From: Raineya sp. | GTDB taxonomy: Bacteria > Bacteroidota > Bacteroidia > Cytophagales > Thermonemataceae | Reading direction: 5' to 3' | DNA length: 38,261 bases | Assembly (NCBI GenBank): GCA_025054975.1 | Contig: JANWZC010000001.1 | Span: 1-38,261 of the forward strand | Shown here: piece by piece, positions 35,391 through 38,261 of the stretch | How the letters are laid out: the number at the start of each line of letters is the position of its first letter | Position numbering within the stretch: position 1 is the first letter of the stretch | Program-made: the position numbers and the translations under genes | The notes under the pieces: generated by a model | Database searches by the model: none | What the model was told of the DNA's origin: nothing | The model's input: the letters and a program-made list of their open reading frames with translations, nothing else

Positions 35391-37631
35391 ATGTTGGAAC
35401 GTTATAGTGTGAAAATTGCTGCTGAATTGGGCATCGGAATTCGTCAGGTAGAGGCAACTGCAAAACTTTTACAAGAAGGAGGTACCGTACCTTTTATAGC
35501 TCGCTATCGGAAGGAAGCCACAGGAAGCCTCGACGAAACACAAATTACAGCTATCCGTGACAGATTAGAGCAACTTGCTGAATTAGATAAACGCCGTGAA
35601 GCTATCTTGAAATCTATTAGAGACCAAGGCAAACTAACCCCTGAATTAGAGCAAAAAATTCAGGAAGCTGAAACTATGAGCGTTCTGGAGGACTTGTATT
35701 TGCCTTATCGTCCCAAAAAACGCACCAAAGCCACTATTGCCAAAGAAAAAGGTTTAGAACCTTTGGCTATGCTGATTTTAGAGCAAAATGAAATTGATTT
35801 AACCGCCGAAGCTCAAAAATTCGTTGATGCCGAAAAGCAAGTAAATTCCATAGAGGAGGCTCTAGAAGGTGCAAGACACATCATTGCTGAATACATCAAT
35901 GAACATCAAGACACCAGAGCTAAAATGCGTGATTTGTTCTTGAAGAAGGCTGTTATTACTTCCAAAGTATTGCCCGATAAAGCAAAAACCGAAGAGGCTC
36001 AAAAATTCAAAGACTATTTTGATTGGTCTGAACCTATTGCTACTATTCCTTCGCATAGGCTTTTGGCAATGCGTAGAGGTGAAAAAGAATTGATTTTGAC
36101 TCTGGATATTGCCCCTGATGAACAAGAAGCTATTGACCTGTTGGAAAAAGAATTTGTAAAAGGGAAAAATGAGTGCAGTCAGCAGGTAAAAATGGCAATA
36201 ACAGACTGCTACAAACGTCTTCTGAAACCCTCTATGGAGACCGAAGTACGCCTGATTTCCAAGAAAAAAGCAGATGAAGAAGCTATACGTGTATTTGCTG
36301 AAAATGTCCGTGAATTATTGATGGCTTCACCTTTGGGAGAAAAAGTGGTACTTGCCTTAGACCCTGGTTTTAGAACTGGCTGTAAGTTAGTAGTTTTAGA
36401 TAAAAACGGCAAATTACTTCACCATGAAACCATCTATCCCAATGAACCTCAACGAGAAATAGCTAAATCTGCTCATATTCTCAAAACACTTTGCGAAAAA
36501 TATCAAGTAGAAGCTATTGCCATTGGGAATGGCACAGCAAGTCGCGAGACGGAAAGTTTTGTAAAAAGTCTCAATATTCCGAATGTTAGAGTTTTGGTGG
36601 TGAATGAGAGTGGAGCATCTATCTATTCAGCTTCCGAAGCGGCTCGTGAAGAATTTCCTGATTTAGATTTGACTGTCAGAGGAGCTATATCTATTGGCAG
36701 AAGGCTACAAGACCCTCTTGCCGAGCTTGTCAAAATTGACCCAAAATCCATAGGAGTAGGACAATATCAACACGATGTTGATCAAAATGCTCTCAAAAAG
36801 AGTCTTGATGATGTAGTGATTAGTTCGGTAAATAAAGTGGGCGTAGAACTCAACACAGCCAGCAAACAACTGCTCACTTATGTAGCTGGCTTGGGCGAGA
36901 GTTTGGCTCAGAATATCATCAATTATCGCAATGAAAAAGGACCTTTCCGCAGTCGTAATGAACTTAAAAATGTACCTCGTTTAGGGGAGAAGGCTTTTGA
37001 GCAATGTGCAGGTTTTTTGCGTATTCGCAATGCTGAAAATCCTTTGGATAGTAGTGCGGTTCATCCCGAAGCGTATGGTGTTGTAGAGCAAATGGCAAAA
37101 GATTTGAATTGCAGCGTAAAAGACTTAATGCAAAATGCCGAACTACGCAAACAGATAGATTTGAACAAATACGTAAATGAACGTTTTGGCTTGCCTACGC
37201 TTCAAGATATTATGCAAGAGCTTGCCAAGCCAGGCAGAGACCCTCGCAAAGAATTTGAAGAATTTTCTTTTGCCGAAGGTATCCACGAAATCACCGACTT
37301 GAAAGTGGGTATGAAATTACCTGGTATAGTTACGAATGTTACTAAATTTGGGGCTTTTGTAGATATTGGCGTACATCAAGATGGTTTGGTACATATCAGC
37401 GAGCTTTCAGATAAGTACGTTTCAGACCCTACTGAAGTCGTAAAAGTGGGGCAGAAAGTAATGGTTACAGTGTTGGAGGTAGAAGTAGAACGTAAGCGTA
37501 TAGCTCTTTCCTTGCGAAGCGAAGCCAAACCCGAACTGAAAAAATCTGAAAAACGTGAAAAGAAAAAACAAAAACAACAAGAAAGTTGGGAAGAAAAATT
37601 AGCGGCTCTCAAAGCAAAATTTGGTTCATAG
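35391..37631 (+). CDS. tex: Tex-family RNA-binding transcriptional accessory protein
   Basis: TVPFIARYRKE, LDPGFRTGCK, IGNGTASRET, SIGVGQYQHDV, HhH motifs, and a C-terminal S1 domain (FGAFVDIGVHQDGLVHISEL). Confidence 0.96.
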   Translation: MLERYSVKIAAELGIGIRQVEATAKLLQEGGTVPFIARYRKEATGSLDETQITAIRDRLEQLAELDKRREAILKSIRDQGKLTPELEQKIQEAETMSVLEDLYLPYRPKKRTKATIAKEKGLEPLAMLILEQNEIDLTAEAQKFVDAEKQVNSIEEALEGARHIIAEYINEHQDTRAKMRDLFLKKAVITSKVLPDKAKTEEAQKFKDYFDWSEPIATIPSHRLLAMRRGEKELILTLDIAPDEQEAIDLLEKEFVKGKNECSQQVKMAITDCYKRLLKPSMETEVRLISKKKADEEAIRVFAENVRELLMASPLGEKVVLALDPGFRTGCKLVVLDKNGKLLHHETIYPNEPQREIAKSAHILKTLCEKYQVEAIAIGNGTASRETESFVKSLNIPNVRVLVVNESGASIYSASEAAREEFPDLDLTVRGAISIGRRLQDPLAELVKIDPKSIGVGQYQHDVDQNALKKSLDDVVISSVNKVGVELNTASKQLLTYVAGLGESLAQNIINYRNEKGPFRSRNELKNVPRLGEKAFEQCAGFLRIRNAENPLDSSAVHPEAYGVVEQMAKDLNCSVKDLMQNAELRKQIDLNKYVNERFGLPTLQDIMQELAKPGRDPRKEFEEFSFAEGIHEITDLKVGMKLPGIVTNVTKFGAFVDIGVHQDGLVHISELSDKYVSDPTEVVKVGQKVMVTVLEVEVERKRIALSLRSEAKPELKKSEKREKKKQKQQESWEEKLAALKAKFGS

Positions 37632-37655
37632 ATAACTTGTAGAAGTTTAGTTCAA

Positions 37656-37701
37656 CCCCTCTTTTAGCGTTTCGGCTTTGCCCAACAACCCAAAAGAGGG
37701 G
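37656..37701. repeat. Inverted repeat / hairpin between tex and the DUF58 gene
   Basis: cccctctttt (37656-37665) / aaaagagggg (37692-37701), 26-nt spacer, no U-tract. Confidence 0.6.
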
Positions 37702-37728
37702 ATATACAATCTATTTACCTAAAAATTT

Positions 37729-38261
37729 ATGCAGCTCACCCTTGAAAAAATTCGCCAGTTTGGTAATATAGAGCTACTTGCCAAACAGCTTGTAGAAGGC
37801 TTCATTACGGGAATGCATCGTTCGCCTTTTCATGGTTTTTCGGTAGAATTTGCTGAACACAGGCTCTATAACACAGGAGAAAGCACTCGCCACATAGATT
37901 GGAAAGTTTTTGCCAAAACCGATAAACTCTTTATCAAGCGTTATGAAGAGGAAACCAATTTGCGTTGTCAGATATTGATAGATGTATCTTCATCTATGTT
38001 TTATCCCAAAGATACCAAAGGTAAATTGACTTTTTCGGTTATGGCAGCAGCGGCATTAGCTTACATGTTGCAAAAGCAACGCGATGCTGTAAGTATAGCT
38101 ACCTTTGACGATAAAATCCTTGAACAAACTCCTTGCAAATCCACGCAAATTCATTTGCATCAGATTTTTATTTTGCTTCAAAATTTGCTTAATGCCGAAA
38201 GTAATTTACAAAAAACCTCTGCCACAAAGGTTCTACACGAAATTGCTGAAAAAATTCACAG
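37729..38261 (+). CDS. DUF58 domain protein, 3'-truncated by window edge (absent from ORF track)
   Basis: Manual translation: MQLTLEKIRQFGNIELLAKQLVEGFITGMHRSPFHGFSVEFAEHRLYNTGESTRHIDWKVFAKTDKLFIKRYEEETN...IDVSSSM. Confidence 0.92.
   Translation, partial: MQLTLEKIRQFGNIELLAKQLVEGFITGMHRSPFHGFSVEFAEHRLYNTGESTRHIDWKVFAKTDKLFIKRYEEETNLRCQILIDVSSSMFYPKDTKGKLTFSVMAAAALAYMLQKQRDAVSIATFDDKILEQTPCKSTQIHLHQIFILLQNLLNAESNLQKTSATKVLHEIAEKIH

Overview
AT-rich bacterial chromosome segment that reads as Bacteroidota, most likely Cytophagales. This is inferred from TTTG-N17..20-TAnnTTTG promoters, A-rich start regions without Shine-Dalgarno sequences, a T9SS-type C-terminal domain and Cytophagales-style GAF/PAS sensors. 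The content is mainly housekeeping: pdxJ, a MenE-like ligase, two acyltransferases, a class-III aminotransferase, a BON-LysM protein, lipA plus a CDGSH protein, a 14-gene ribosomal block rplC-rpsN, a PD40/OmpA protein, lon, a LpxL-like acyltransferase, a DAGK-family kinase, an orphan histidine kinase, hflX, a TPMT-type methyltransferase, 5-FTHF cyclo-ligase, trpG/pabA, an ECF sigma factor, a CAP protein, an orphan HlyD, ndk, tex and a partial DUF58 gene. I found no rRNA, tRNA, CRISPR array, transposase, prophage or defence system, and no convincing complete novel multi-gene system. The best leads are small-scale: (1) the ribosomal block is a self-contained unit without rpsJ, terminates after rpsN, and has a leader hairpin and an internal hairpin; (2) a minus-strand terminator between hlyD and ndk has no gene to terminate (candidate sRNA); (3) a GC-rich inverted-repeat element; (4) an 18-bp palindromic operator array at the ECF promoter; (5) layered regulatory motifs at lon; (6) lipA-CDGSH linkage; (7) an output-less HAMP-GAF-PAS receptor; (8) a PilJ/NarX-like kinase with a degenerate P-box. 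All calls come from motif recognition by eye; no searches were run.
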